64,000 nt of DNA from Vicugna vicugna (lineage: Eukaryota), in assembly GCA_013265495.1 (NCBI GenBank), contig MU058781.1, forward strand, positions 3,907,050 to 3,971,049, read 5' to 3'. The notes under the pieces are model-generated. The model saw only the letters and a program-made list of their open reading frames with translations. It was not told the origin of the DNA and ran no database searches. Positions 26,633-40,739 of the stretch are shown here, in pieces. Within the stretch, counting starts at the first letter, position 1, and every line of letters begins with the position of its first letter. A program made the translations under genes and the position numbers.

Positions 26633-29284
26633 GCAAAGAAAAGCTTTTCTTCCAGTCTTGTCCATCTCATTGAATGAATCCACACTAAGGATCTACTTAC
26701 TCTTGTTCCGGTGCCGTGTGGCTGCTCCCCCGCCCCAAGTACTGTCGCCATTCACAGCCCCGGGAGAACGGGATACAGGATGGCAGAGCTGGAGGGACCT
26801 TACTGCTTACAGGGTCCCCTTCCCTCCTTGGCTCCTAGGGGGCAACATCCAGTGTGGCTGAATCAGTCCCCATGGTTTTTCTTTTGGGGAGGAGGAGTTC
26901 GTAATGTTCCACATGCTATATCTGAGAGAGTCAGGGGGCCCCCGACACAATCCTTGGAATTACCCGCCACCTGCTGTTTTCCTGGAAGAAACAGAGCTCC
27001 CAGGAACGGCCACATGATCTTTCTTGAGAAGGTTTGCCTCAGTAAAGCTTCGTGAGGCTGCAGGCAGATAATTTATCCTCTCCTTTGATCGGGTGTTTTG
27101 TTAAAGGAAGAAAGGTAATAATTGTGAAATGCAGCCTGCAGGGAGTAAACAAAATACTTCTGTGCTTAATAAGCCTTTCTTAATCTCCTGCTAGTTTTTC
27201 TTTTCTTTTTTTTTTTTAGGTGGGAAAATCATTTTGTCTAATTTTTTCTTTACTGGAAGAATTTAATAGAAGAAATATTATGGGATATTTGGTCTTCCAA
27301 CCTTCTTTCTCCTTCCTAAAGCTTCAACCGCCCCAAAGTGCTGCAGCCAAAACCCAGTTAGGAATAAAGAGGGCGAGGGTGGAGCACCTAGCCGACCCGC
27401 GGGCGGGGGGAGCATCTCACCCCCTGGGGTTGCACACAGTGAAGCAGGCTTTGCTTTGTACCCCAGAACATTAGCATTGAGTGTTTTAGGCACAGGGCTT
27501 TCTGCCAAATGCCAACACACTTGTGTGTGTGCATCCGGCCCTGGCCCAGGAAACTGGACCCCCAGTACCCGAGGTGCTGGGGGTGCACCTGCCGACCAGG
27601 CTCAGCAGGTGTGGGGGAACCGAGAGAGGCACCGTATCTTTCAGTCCCGCAGAGGAGGTGCAGGCGTGAACCAGAGGGCCCCAGGCAACACGTTGCTAAC
27701 AGCCCTGGGAGTGAGGCATTGGGAGTAGAGGCTGCCGGGTGTGGTGGGGACTCGCCCTCCCCTGGACGCTGAGGGCCAAGGGAAGCCATTTGAAAACTAT
27801 GTTTTGGGGAGCTTTTCCTTCACAATCGTATTTAAGACTGAATTGAGTGGGGAAAAAACGGAGGGTGGGGAAGTGGAGGAACTGGAACTACCAAGCAGCC
27901 AGCAGCCTTCTGCACCTGCCCGGCCCCCCGGGGTGGGTGCTTCAGAGGGGTGAGCCCGGTTCTGCCTCTGCCTGAGCTCCCTGCAGGCGTGGACCTGGGC
28001 AGCACCAGGGCTGGGAGCCCAGGGCTGTTGGGCAGCCTGTGGGCGTACTGAGGCTGCAGAGGAGGGGTCGGGAAGCCCAGTCCGCCCCTGACCTTGCTGA
28101 GGGGCCAGCCCCCAGCCCCTGAGCCCCACCTTTCCCCCTGCCTTAGGGGTGATCTTGATGACATCATCCCACCCACCCTTTTGTTTGCTTCCATCCGCAG
28201 TCAGGACTAAAGCACATCCATGGTCAGAGCTAAAGCCTCGCCATTGTTCTGGTCCTTCAGCGTTTGGAACCGTTTCCTTTACTTCTTTCAGACCGTGTCT
28301 AAATGACACCACGCAGTGAAATGGGAGCAGTCTGATCCGTGGCCCCGTCCAGGGTTTGCAAATGAATGGCAGTCAAGGTGGCTGCCCTCGCCCACCGCTG
28401 GCATTTAATCTGCTCAGACGTCGGTGAGCTCACCTCTCAGGACTGGCACGTTAGCGACCTCACTCCAGTAACTTTCCAGGCAGAGGCAGAAGTGACAGCC
28501 CGTCCTGAACCATTATGTCACTCCCCCACCCCTGCCCGGTGTACACAGTCTCTGGTGGTTTGCCACGGCATCTGAATACATCCGGCCTGCCCAGCCTGGC
28601 TTCGCGGCCTGCGAACGCCTGGCCCCTGCTGCCTTTCCAGCCTCCTTCCCCAGCTTCATGTAGTCGTGTTCTAAGGAAACTCTGTCCACTCTTTCCTGAG
28701 GCTTCTCTGCATCTTCCCAGTTCTGTGCTCTTACTGAAGGCATTGCCTGCACTGGAGTGCCCCTCCTCCATCTCTGCTTGCTGAAATCCCATCATCCTGC
28801 AGAGCACAATGCACACCTGTCTCCTTGACCAAGGCTTCTGTGATTTCCGGAGCCAGCAGTGATTCTGGGTTTCATTGTGACTTTCTGAACTCGCATCTCC
28901 TTGTCCATTTCAGTCCATGGTTAATCCCCTCAAGCTCGTGTTGGGTGTGGGTCTTCAGCTTTCTGGACCAATTTTTGTTCTACAAGCATCCTTTGAAGGT
29001 CTTCAAGTTCCAACTACTATGTTAGATGCTGGCAATACGAGGACGAATAAGAAACTGAATGTGTAAGGATGTCAAAATCCAGTGAGCAGACAGGCAGGTA
29101 AACACGAATTATGATGAAATGTGATGAGACCCAGAAACAGGATTCTGGGATTGCACAGAGATAGACGGGGGCCCAGAGTTACTAAAGTTCCCTGTATGTC
29201 CAGGGAATGGTCACTAGTTTCTGAATGACCAGGAGAAGGGCCCTTGTAGGAGTGTGAATGGGAAAAGAGGTTGGAATACCATGT

Positions 29285-29440
29285 TTGTAATTTTTTATGT
29301 CATCTTGGTTGCGCCACAGTACCCAGGTATTTGATTTAGCATTATTCCAGGTGTTTTTGTGAAGGCTTGTTTTAGATGAGATTAGCATTTAAATCAGTAG
29401 ACTTTGAATACAGCAGTTTACTCTCCATAATGTAGGTGAA
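29285..29440 (+). mobile_element. MLT2 (ERVL) LTR 5' fragment
   Basis: 'ccacagtacccaggtatttg...gatgagattagcatttaaatcagtagactttga...ctccataatgtaggtg'. Confidence 0.8.
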
Positions 29441-30172
29441 GGAAGTAAGCGTGTGGATTAGCAGGGCACCCAGGCGGAGACGCTGGCCTGGGTGGGTATC
29501 ATCACCGACAGGGCACATGGAACCTGTTGAGTCCTGCCCACTAGCTGATAGGCATTGGGAAATGAGTGGCCTCCACAGGTGAGGTGGGGAGAGCCAGGAT
29601 ATGGCTTAGGACCTGCAGACTTTAGGGTGCCCTGCCCAGGGTGCGTGAGGCACCAGTACACCAGGCAGAGCAAGCAGGGCCCAGGACTGGATCCAAACCG
29701 CAAGGGCAGGGATGCTCAGACTTGAGGCAGTTGGATCTTGCAGAAACCCGGAAATTCAGGGTCACTGGTTCCCCGTCTAGGGTGTAACTTAATCTCATAC
29801 CACACTGGCTAAGGATGCTGATTTTTTCCTTCACTCTCAGATCAGGCTCAGGTGCTGGCGGGGTCCAGCAGTGGATGTGGCTGCGGGTGGCTGGAGACGG
29901 CTGAGGCAGGGGAGACAAGGCAGGGCTGACAGTTGTCCCGGTATCATGTAGACTTTCTTAAATTAGCTGTGGGGAGAGGAAACAGGAAAGAAGAGCCAGA
30001 AAGTCAGCAGTCAGACTTTTTCATACCATCTGTGATGGGAAGCAGAAAGCTGCCAAGAGAAGCCATGTGCTGGGGCTAATTGGTAGAAGTTGAAAGCAGA
30101 AGTACCATGTCATCCTGCTAAATCAAGAGGCTTTTCTTTTCTTTTTTTTTCTTTTCTTTGCCCCTTCCTTCT

Positions 30173-30243
30173 TTCCTTCCTTCCTTCCTTCCTTCCTTCC
30201 TTCCTTCCTTCCTTCCTTCCTTCCTTCCTTCCTTCCTTCCTTC
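30173..30243. repeat. (CTTC)n microsatellite inside a ~165-bp polypyrimidine tract (30132-30297)
   Basis: Direct read. Confidence 0.95.
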
Positions 30244-32104
30244 ATTCCTCCATTCATCTCCTCTCCCCTCCCTTTCCTTTTTTCTTTCTTTCTTTTTGAA
30301 ACACATAGCTCTCCGGCGCCTCAAGGTAATGGCGCTACTAAGAAAATACAGGCCTAACACTTGGGGATAATAGGAGAGGAAGCGTGTAAGCTAGTGAGTC
30401 AAAATTAAACTGAGTCACAGCAGACAGTTTCATGCAAGGGAATGCTAGCTTTGAGGGCAGAAGTTCAATTTTTAAAAATCTGGCTACAAATCGGATTCCT
30501 AATTTGTAATACTGTTTTAAGGGATGTTATATTTCAGAGAAGATAATCACAGTTGGGTCATTTCATGCCTTAATTTCTTACTTCAGAAATTACTTGTGAC
30601 GAGGGATAGTTTAACTGTGGGTGAGGCTTAAGCTACCGAGTCAGGCACAACCAGCCTCCTGGTGTCGTGAGCACGCCATGTCTTGGAGGAATTAAGAAGT
30701 CTTTTGATGAGTACCTGACGCTTTTCACCTTGTTCGGAGACCTCAAAGGCCTCCGAGAGGGTTTACACTTCTCAGTGGTGGAGGCTTTCCATCTTTCCCC
30801 AAGCAGATGCGGAAACTGGGGCTCGGAGGAGTTGTAGAGTCTGAACTAAGTTGACAGCCAATTGATTCGCAGAGCCAGCATCTCACTAGGCTTGTGTGAT
30901 TCAGAAACCTGTTCTCTTTCTGCCGCGTCATCATCTTCCTGCAGCCTCTTCACAAATACTAAGGGGGGCAGGGCGACACGGAGGCGGTGAATATCGGATT
31001 CCCTTTTAGCCCCTTTTCATTCCTCGAGTCTCCTGCTTCTGTGCACAGGAATCTCAGCCCTGAGCCGATGCCCCGGGGATGCTATGCACAGCGCAGCCCA
31101 CACGTGCCCTTTCTCTCCCGGTGCCTGTGATTTTATCCCAGTGCAGCTGGTAGCCGGGCCGACGCATCCTCCCCACACCACCTTCAGGGATTTCCCTTCA
31201 TCTTGCTCTTCCTGTGGTGCGTGCTTCACAGAGAGACCCACCCAAGGACACACAAGGGTGTCATTGCACGAGTGGTCCCAGCTACCTGGTCCAGAGGTCT
31301 GTCCTTCCTCCAGCCTGATGCTCAGAGGAGCATCCTCAAAGGGCCTCTCCAGAGCTGGCAGTACGCGTGCACTTTGCTTTTTCCCTCTGGTCGCATTGAC
31401 CACTTTTCGTCTCTCTGCGGGGTGTTACTAACTGCAGCGTAAGTGGGATCGTTGCCCCAGGAGCAGGAGGCAGCTTGTTCTCTCGTTCCTGATGCACCAG
31501 GTGAATAACTGACGTCTGTTTTGGCAACATAGAGTCTTGAGACTTTAAATATTAACAAAGAACCTTGTTTTCTATACCGAGACAGCAATTCATACTGTAT
31601 TTCTCCTTCTGGTGAGATGGAGTAAGTCCTGGACTGAGAGTCAGAAAACCTAGATTCAGGCTCCAGCTACTTGACCTTGGGTGGTACACATAGCGTGGTT
31701 ACCCTCAGTGTCTTCACGTGCAAGATGGAGCTTCCTAGTGTAAGCTCTTCACAGGCAGTCAAAATGCGGTCGTTACATGAGAGAGCGCTATCCTCTGCAA
31801 AAGCTTAGGTAGATGCTAAGACACCAAAGGTTAAAAACACGTTCCACATTGTTTTTCCTCCGGGATCTGCAGGCTCGCAGCTCTCATGCTGGCTGTGAGA
31901 ACATGTGGGTTGTGAACTACGCAAGGCCCCCAAAGGCAACCTGGGGATTTTTATGCTGTTACCACATCTCATTTCCATGAGAATCACTAACGAGAGCATA
32001 AAGGCTGATGGAATTGTGTTTCATTCCAAATGGTATAAAGGAAGGAAAATGATGACTGCGTATATTCACCTTATTTTATACATGATATTCCTTCCTTCCC
32101 TCCT

Positions 32105-32285
32105 TCCACCCATGCATGTATCCATCCATCCATATCCATGCATCCATTTATCCATGCATCCATGTATCCATCCATACCCATGCATCCATGCATGCATCTG
32201 TGTATCCATCATGCATCCATGTATCCGTCCATCCATGCATCCATCATGCATTCATACATCCATCCACCCATTCATCCATGCATCT
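32105..32285. repeat. Degenerate (CATC/CATG)n simple repeat adjoining L2-like sequence
   Basis: Direct read. Confidence 0.9.
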
Positions 32286-33516
32286 AACTTTCACTGACCA
32301 CCTGTTAGGCCCCATTACCTGGGGGTATACAATTGATTAGGTCACAGTTTCTGCTCCTCAATTGTTTACTGTAGTGAGAGAAACAAATGAGTAAACAAAG
32401 AATTAAAGTATTTTATGATCAGGTGTTGTAAATGGATCGAGCATTCCTCCCTTCCTCCCTTCCTCCTTTCTCACTTCTTTCTTCTTTCCATCCCTTCATT
32501 CTTTGTATATAACAGGATGCTCCAGGGAAGCCTAGAATCCTTTTTCTTTTTTCCTAAGAAACACCAATATAGGAAGAAACTTCTCTTTTTGAAACTGCTT
32601 GTAATGTTTCTTTTCCTCTAGAGACGGAGGACAGACTTTTTGATTAATTGCAGAATAACACTTTAATGGGCTTTTTGGTTATGAAACTCATAAATCCCAG
32701 ATCATCTTCTGGAATAAAGATGTTAAAGACAACAAGAATCTAAATGTTTTACATAATTCAAATGTCTTCACTGAGGGCAGAAATGTAAGTCTCAGATGAT
32801 CTTGTTCCAGAAACAACATTTTAAACAATTCTGTGGAAGTCTCAGAAAAGACCTGCCTGGCCTGCAAGCTGGAAAGACACGGTCCTTCGGGAGCTGAGTT
32901 GACCTCTTTATCGTGACCACGGGACAGGCCCCGAGGAGAGCAGCATCTGGCGGAGATGTTCACGGTGGCTACTGTGGCTGCCACCTGCCCTGCTCCCAGG
33001 TGTCTGCAGGCCTAGGTCAGAGTTGATTTCCTCTGAATCATGATGATGATGATGATATAAAGAAGGCTTACGTTTATATGGCCCTTCAACATTTCCGAAG
33101 CACTTTTCATTCATTATTCTCAAGAGCGTGGTACCCTTTGGAAGAGTTGGCCCTGGAGAAACAGGCCTCGGTTACCTTACAGAAGACTGATTTCTTTCCT
33201 CTTCAAGAAAGAGAAGGGTTTCCATCTCCTTATAAACACTGAAGCTTTGGTTGTGCACCGTCCAACAGAGGTGTGGTCTGGGTGCAAAGCCCCAGGAAGA
33301 GCGCCCCCTGGGTCCTCTTGATCCTAATGCCACCAGCTGACCCAGAGCGAGAGATGCCAAGAGAGGCAGTGATGTGTGGGCCCCCGCCGTACTTTCTGTA
33401 TGGAGACAAGGAGGGGCTGGACTCGTACCTCCAAAGCAGGAGAACTTTTCCGTGAACCCCAGTTCCTCATTCCTGGACCCTAAATTGGCCATCACGTTGT
33501 TGGTTTTTTTCCCTTC

Positions 33517-33772
33517 TGCAGTGGGCTGAATGGGCTCCTCCCTTCACCTCCCCTCCGCCCCCCAACAAAAAGACACCAGGAATACACCAGTAATCTGTGC
33601 GTGTGAAACTACGTGGAAAAAGCATCTTTTCAGAAGTAACTAAGTTAAGGATCTCAAGATAAGATCATCCTGGATTATTCAGATTGTCCATAAATCCAAT
33701 GACAAGTGTCCTTCTAAGAGACAGAAGAAGAGAAATTCCAACACACAGAGGAGAGGAGGCCATGTGGAGACC
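33517..33772 (+). mobile_element. MaLR LTR 5' half (MLT1C/D-like)
   Basis: 'gtgggctgaatgg', 'taagttaaggatctcaagataagatcatcctggatta', 'taaatccaatgacaagtgtcctt'. Confidence 0.85.
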
Positions 33773-36659
33773 GGTATCCCTTAAAAACAGCTTCAGTTTT
33801 AATATAAAGAATATATTATGCATTACATGGAAATAATACATACTTAGTATATTTATACCTCTAAATTATTTGAGTAAACAAGTGTCCCTGCAAATAAGAA
33901 GTTGACTTTTCGAGATGGTTTTATTATGAAAATGCATGTTACAAACACATGGCCTTCATGACTACGACTTTAAAAAACAGTATTTGTAACTTTTCCACTT
34001 TATACCCCATGAATTGTATGCCAACAAGGGTGCAGGGTCAGGACAAAGTAAAGAAGCCAAAAAAGTTGCATTCTACAGCTGAACTATGAGTGTTCTGGGG
34101 GAATTCATACTCTGCAAAAAAATGGTGCTCCTGCATTTTCTGTGTGCAACAATAAATCATATTTCAAATTCTGCGCTGAATGAACTTAGCAGCAGCCTTT
34201 ACCCATGTCGTTCATTGGCTCTGACAGCTTTATCCCCCAGCTGGTGTTGATTTCTCCCTGCAGTGTGGGGAGGTCATTAATCTTGAATGTTCTCTTCCTC
34301 TGTGGAGTTTTTTTTTAACTGAGATTTTTTAAACAGATTGTGCCTGTTTCCACTGACCTTTGAGAGATTTGCCATGTGTCTTCTTTTAAACAGGTTGTGT
34401 AAAAAACAGTTCGTTGCGTGCAGCTGGGGTCACGGGCCGCAGTTCCGTCTCCAGGGTGGGAGCCTTGATTTGGTCATCCTTACCCCCGTCAAAATCGGGG
34501 GTGGGGATCACCACCAACCGGAGCATTTATTGTTAAGCATCGGAAGAGATGCCCTAGCACCATCCTGATTGGTGATTCTTCTCCAGCCCTGATGAAGTCA
34601 CTTCCTCCCACCTCCTGGGCTGCATGGATAAGGCGATGGGGACCCTCACCCAAATCGATTGCCAGTGGCAGGTGAGAAGGGCTTCCTGACGGAGACCTCT
34701 GAAGTTGAGCTCTGCAGTGGGCAGTTCTCTTGGCCACAGAGAGAGAAAGGATTGTCTCTACACAAGCAGCACAGAGAAGAGTTATGGAATTACCTAGTGA
34801 AGACAGGTGTTTAAAGAGAGATCAATTCTTGCTTAATAAAAAAAAATGAATGTGCAAAACCAGATAATCCACGTTAGGCTTAGTAAACTCTTCCTTCTCC
34901 CTGGCTGGTTGCCTGTTTGTTGCTTTCTGAATGATTTAGGACATTATCTAAACTGCCCACTTCATGTAAAGTTTCCATTTTCTCTCCTGAAGAGGCTTTT
35001 GCTTCAGTATAATTATTTAAAAGTAGCAAGGACACCCTGTTTATTGAATGTTTACAGGGCTTCTCACCCCACGTTAAAGCTCTTTGTAGGATTCAAAGCA
35101 AAGGCTGACAAACCTTCAGAGAGAGGCTGCGTGCTTCCATCAGGCTTAATCCCCTATCAAAATGCATCTCTTTCACGTTCCATTGACCGCAGAGCGAGCC
35201 TGTGAGGTCACCTGCTGGCGGCCCACTCTGTAAGCTCCTTTAAACTCCCATTCTGCCTGCATTTGCTACAGGCACCAAATGAAGAGATTGCTTTTCCACC
35301 TTTACACATTCATGCTGAATCCTGTTCCTGCTCCCCATCGTGACACCCTGTCTGAACTCTTCTAATCAAGACATTGCTGCTTATTCTCTGATTTCCAGTC
35401 TTCCTTCTTTTTTGGATTTGATGTCAAGCAGATTTCTAGTCTTTCTTCTCCTCCTTCCCCTCCTTTGGATTTGATATAAAGCGCTGTGTGGTCTCTGGCT
35501 GTGAATTTGGATTCTCTCGGTAACAATGGTTCTACCCTGGCTATACTTTCAGGTCGCCTGAGCGTACATCATTCTAGTTATATTGGGTCCCAAGACCTTT
35601 CCAACCCAATGTGGTCCCCGGTGATTCTACCAGGTTCAGCCCAACCCTTTGGCAAAAGACAAAAGCTCCAACTAATAAGATGATTAATAATAGAATGTTC
35701 ATGATTAAAAAAGACTTTGGTAATATATTGGAAAGAATCCAGTAACATATATGAAATCACTTGTTTACTCGTGATTTCTGTACACTTAAAAACATACTGT
35801 TGTTACTGATAAAGGCAATAATAATAGAGGTGGTGTTTAACTGTATTTGCATTTTAAGTGTGGTTGGGAGTTCTACCTGAATAAGAGGCAACAAGGCTCA
35901 GAGGCAGAGACTGGGTTTTCATCGCAGCTGCTAGGCTCTGAGGGGACATTTGGCCTGTGGAGGTGGTGAGTCCTCCTTCAGAGTTTACTGAGCTCCAGCT
36001 CAGTTATCTGGAAAGGTTTAGGGACAATGGCTGTGGAGTTGGCCAGATACACAAAGAGCTTGAGCTCATAGAATGTCTGTTTTAGTGGGAGAAGAAAAGA
36101 ATAAAGAAATAGGCAATACATCCATGAGGAGTTCTCAGGAATCTCCCTGAGTCTGTGAAGGCGCACCGACTGAACCGTCTTTGTCTCTGACTTCCTAGAA
36201 GCTCTCCACCCAAGGCAGCCCTCTTCCTCCTCTCACCACTCTGCCCAGTCCAAAGAATCCTACCAGTTCTGCTAGCACTTGCGCTCTCTGGCCCTCAGCT
36301 TCCTCATCTATAAAATGGGTGGGCAAGACTCCACCTTTCAGATCTGTCCTACCTCTGCATTTGTGAGGCTATGAGACACAGTGGTGGGTGGGGCAGGGAC
36401 AAAGGTGAAAATTTTTCTCCCTCCTATGCCTGGGAAGATGTGTTACAGGTGTTCTTTTGGATAGATATTTTAAAGTTTTTTCAAGTCAGAGACCAGATAT
36501 TGCTCCCCTTTACCCTTCACACTTAAAAAAAAAACAAACCCAGTGCCTGATATGGGGCTGAGAGCCCAGAATATGCCTAACTGGGACCTGCTCATTGTAG
36601 TTCTTTCCATCATCCTCGCCACCGACATCACCTCGACTACCACATATGAGATCCGACTG

Positions 36660-36860
36660 TGAACCAGGGGCTGCCATATAGTGACCTGTATTGTCTCATT
36701 GAATCCTAACTGTAACCCTGCAAAAGGAGACCAAGTTCTTACTTCGGGATAAGAAAATGGAGACTGAAGGATTTGGGTAACTCTGCCAGTAAGTGGTAGA
36801 GCTGGAGTCAAACACAAGTGCAGGTATCCAGGGCACTCTTTTGGTACAGCCCATTGCACT
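36660..36860 (-). mobile_element. MIR SINE
   Basis: 'tctcattgaatcctaac...gataagaaaatggagactgaagg...gtaagtggtagagctggagtcaaac'. Confidence 0.7.
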
Positions 36861-37126
36861 TTGTGCAAATCCTTGGCCAAGAGGTGTACATGAATCAAAC
36901 ACCAGTCAAAATTGAAACTGTGGAAGCGTCAGGAATACAAATGTGATTTACAATCCCCAGCTGCTGCCTTGTAAGGAGAGGACTTTATTGCTAAGGATGG
37001 TGATGGACAAGCAGTGTCTCTGCTTGGACCTCATCCTGGGGCCTTTGAACTTGTTCCTTCCATCTGTGGATGTCTGCAGAACTTCCTCCTTCCCTCTGTC
37101 GAGACCTTTGTGCAAACATTGGAATA

Positions 37127-37466
37127 CAGTCATCTCTCAGTATCATCATGGGGGATCGGTTCCAGGAACTCCTCCCTCAGCTGCAGTTACTAAAACCCCA
37201 GGATGCTCAAGGAGCTTTCATACATGGGCGTCATGTAAAATGGCAGAGTATTTGCATAAAACTTATGCACATCCTCCGGTATACTTTAAATCATCTCTAG
37301 GTTACTTATAATACCTAATACAATACAGAGGCTGTTTAAATAGTTTCTGACACATGGCAAACTCAAGTTTTGCCTTAAGGAGTTTTCTGGAATTTTTTCC
37401 AGATATTTTCAATCCACGGTTGGTTGAATCTGCAGATGCAGAACCCGTGGATACAGGGGCAGGCTG
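37127..37466. mobile_element. MER2-family (TcMar-Tigger) MITE, complete, with TA target duplication
   Basis: TA|CAGTCATCTCTCAGTATC ... GATACAGGGGCAGGCTG|TA terminal inverted repeats; internal 'tatactttaaatcatctctaggttacttataatacctaatacaat'. Confidence 0.9.
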
Positions 37467-37498
37467 TACTGCCTGCTCAGAGTGGACTTCTGGATGCC

Positions 37499-37900
37499 TG
37501 TGGCGACTACCAGTTCATTACCTTCCAGCTGTAAATTCACCCTTCAGTACCTGCCCTGCAGTAATAGCACGGGCTCTTTGAAAGCATTTCTCCTTTACGG
37601 GGGTTTGATGTGAAGTTCTGTCAGTAGGGGCTCTGGAGTGCGTCTTTTCCCGGTCTCAATGCCGCTGTGGTTTTGTTTTCTCTTGCTCCCACTGCACAGT
37701 GTATTCAGCAATGCATGTGCTGAGCGTGCAGGTCCTTAGTGAGCTCACAGCTCTGGCCTTGGCCTGGCAGCCACCTCACTGTCTCCACACCCCTACGCAG
37801 ACACTGCCCACTCCAGGCTCTGCAGTGCCGTGCTGGCCAGCACTGCTGCCTTATTTCCTGACCTCCCTCTGCACACCCACCTGTCGGCCTCACATCTTGT
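37499..37900 (+). mobile_element. Probable ERVL-type LTR (LTR50/LTR41/LTR33 group)
   Basis: 'tgtggcgactaccag...cagctgtaaattcacccttc...tgtcagtaggggctctggag' resembles the recalled consensus; 3' end not determined. Confidence 0.45.
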
Positions 37901-40739
37901 GGGCTTTCTTTGGCTCTGAGCTCCCGCTGAGCACACTTTCTCCACTGCTGGCAGCATGGAGTTGGAGGGAAGGACCTATGAGTCCAGAGGCCGGGAGACC
38001 CTGCACGAGGAAGGGTGATGGGCAGTGAGACAGCCGGTGGCCCACAGGGCATGTGCACCAGGGAGATGCCCATTAGGACTTGGTTGAGTCTTGCTGCACA
38101 CAGACAGCAGAAGCCTCTCTTTACCAAATCTTCTGAAATGCTTCTTTCCATATTACTGCATAATGAGGTTTTCCTTTCAGGGAATGAAGGCAAAGTCTAT
38201 GTCCAGCCCACAGCTGGTACTTGTTGAAGACAGCCCCTCCCAGAAGCTCTGAACCAAATCCGGCTGACTCAGATGAACACGTTTACCCACCAGGAATCCG
38301 AGTCACATCATTGCCAGTGACATTAATACCAATTCTCCATGTTGACTTTCTTTAAGGTTCACAGTCTCCCGGAGGAAACCATAGGACCCCAAGAGGCTGG
38401 TAACAGAGGTGATGCTAATTATGTGGGTGTAATAACCAGTGTAAAGCGCTAATGAACAGAAGCCAAACTGGCTCATTTAACATTTACGTTTTTGGGAAAT
38501 GAATTATTTTGCTTTTGCTCAACTGGTCCATTCGTTTAAATTAAGTGAGATGGTAATGGGTGTGATAGTGTTTGTGAAAGTGCAGGGTTTCAGAAGACTG
38601 GGGAAGTGGTACTGTGTAGGAGGAAGTGTCTGCTTTCTGTTCACAAGACTGAACGGGAGCACATCAGAGTGTTTGTTGGCCACGAAAGTGAAAATGGCTT
38701 TGTGCGCCCTGGGGAAGAGACTGCCCTGTTGGCAAAAGATTCCTTTTAAGGAAGCCCGGGCTGTCAGCCGGTGGGTCCTTCTCCTCTCCTCCAGAGGGGC
38801 GCCATTGAGCCAGATGTGGGTTCCTTCCCCGCTGTCTCCTGGATACGCCCTCCAGTTGACCCGGAGATTTCCCTGGGGGCGAAGAAGCTTCTGTCTACTG
38901 TGACTTGCCCAAAATAGCCATCTCAAGTGTGTATAGGCAACCAAACTGGGATGGAGGACGTTGGGAAAAGATGGGATACCCTTGAAGCTGTTTCAGCATG
39001 CTGTGATAAAAGTGTATACCTCCTAACTCACCAAGTACGCACATATTCTGGTGGCTGTTGATGACATTTTCCCGCTCTGTCGGAGAAACAGAAGTTCTTG
39101 TGAACAAACACAGATCAAAAACAGATGTTTTATGTTCAGAAAGGAAAAGAAAAGAATGAAGTAAAATCCCCCACCATGACATGAATTGCCAGTTCCTTTT
39201 ATGAAGTATGATTTTACGAATGGATGCACTATGTAGATGAAAAAAAAAGCATGAAAAAGAAAATAAAATCTTGTTTATCCTTCCTCATCTCCAGATTTCT
39301 GGGCCAGTCCATTGCATCATCTTCTCCAGGGCTCTCAACCGTGATTCTCTCCAGATTATAATGTCCTTCATTTTCTACAGAAGCAATGCACCTCGAAAGC
39401 TTTTCTTTTTTTCCTTTGCCCAGAAAATTCCGTTAAAAAAAGAATTAGGTAGTGATTTTCAGTCTAGGTTTTACAGCTTTTCACGGATAGCCTGAAACCC
39501 CACCCACTTACTGGAACTTTCTGAGCCTCCATCATATTAACATAACAATGTCCAATCCACGTCATGATTCGGTAGAGAAGGGGGGGTGAATAGTATCATG
39601 TGTGAACAATAGAGCAGAGGACATAGGAAGTGCTCAGTAAACGGCAGTGACTCCTAACGTGATTCTGTCTCGGTGCTGGATACTTGTTCTTTCTCTCTTG
39701 CTCCTGCATCATGTTAAGCCAGCAGACAACAGGCCTGACTCTAGGAGATGATTTTTGGGGCCAAACCACTGAGCTGTTAATCCCGTCTATGCCAGGGAGA
39801 GGGCGCATCAATTAAGAGAATGTTTCTGAGATGCCACCCCTTGCCTTGCAGTAAAAACAGGTTTTGAGTTTTTCTTATGTATGCTATAAGCTATGGGGGC
39901 TTACGCAGGCGTGACATGCTTTCACAAGTGGTGAAGCTGAGTTTTATTGACATCTTGTTAATGCCTGCAGAGTCAGATATGCCTTGATGCCCACTCTGAA
40001 TCCCAGGATATTTTAACAATGGGGTCACGTGCAGATTGGGGGTAATAAAGAACATAATTTATTGTTTCTTTCCAATTCCTTATTTCAAAGATCCATCCAT
40101 TGTTCCGAGTCCCCTTTCTTTCAATGCCGATTATGCTGGGACCTATATATTGTGTCAAAACAACGGACTGCTTCATGAATCAAATCCTGGTGAACTGAGT
40201 GAGGGGGTAGTCGAGCAGACATTGCAGATAGAATCCCTTTAGGCTGTGAGAAGTACCTGAATTCTTATTTCTGTGTGTGTAGTTCGCTAACTCAACCTCA
40301 GAAAAATCCTGGGGAAAAGAATGTTTTTTCTTCCAAAACTGAATTGTGTCCTCCTATTAGGCCAGACTGCTGGTTCTGCACCAGTAAAGAAAGAGGAATT
40401 CTCAGCAGAGTAGAAGTATTCTCATGGCCTGGTGACAATTTAATAATAAAAACTATTGAGAATTTCTCCCTGGCTGGGGGTGATTGGATAACTTACTCAC
40501 CTGACAATGACCAGGGTTGTTTCCGTGTCGCTGGAGTGAGATGCTTTGAGCTCAGCTCACGGGAATATGTCTTGCGCTCAGCTGCCCTCTATTGGCTGAA
40601 ACATGGATTATTCTCTCCAACAGCGGCTTCCCTGAGGATAGAATAATGACCCGTGTTCACAAATACTCATCTGGTGCATTTGGAACATCTGGACCAAAAT
40701 AAAGGTCTATTTGGATTTCAGATTAACACATTTTTCTGA

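Noticed and set aside
27190..27260. Strong poly(T)-AG acceptor at 27219
   Set aside because: No matching donor or sensible frame found; likely a simple T-tract.
30090..30370. ORFs with PSFL/KEGR repeats, also the HPCI repeats at 31905-32340 and the HT/CV repeats
   Set aside because: Translations of microsatellites.
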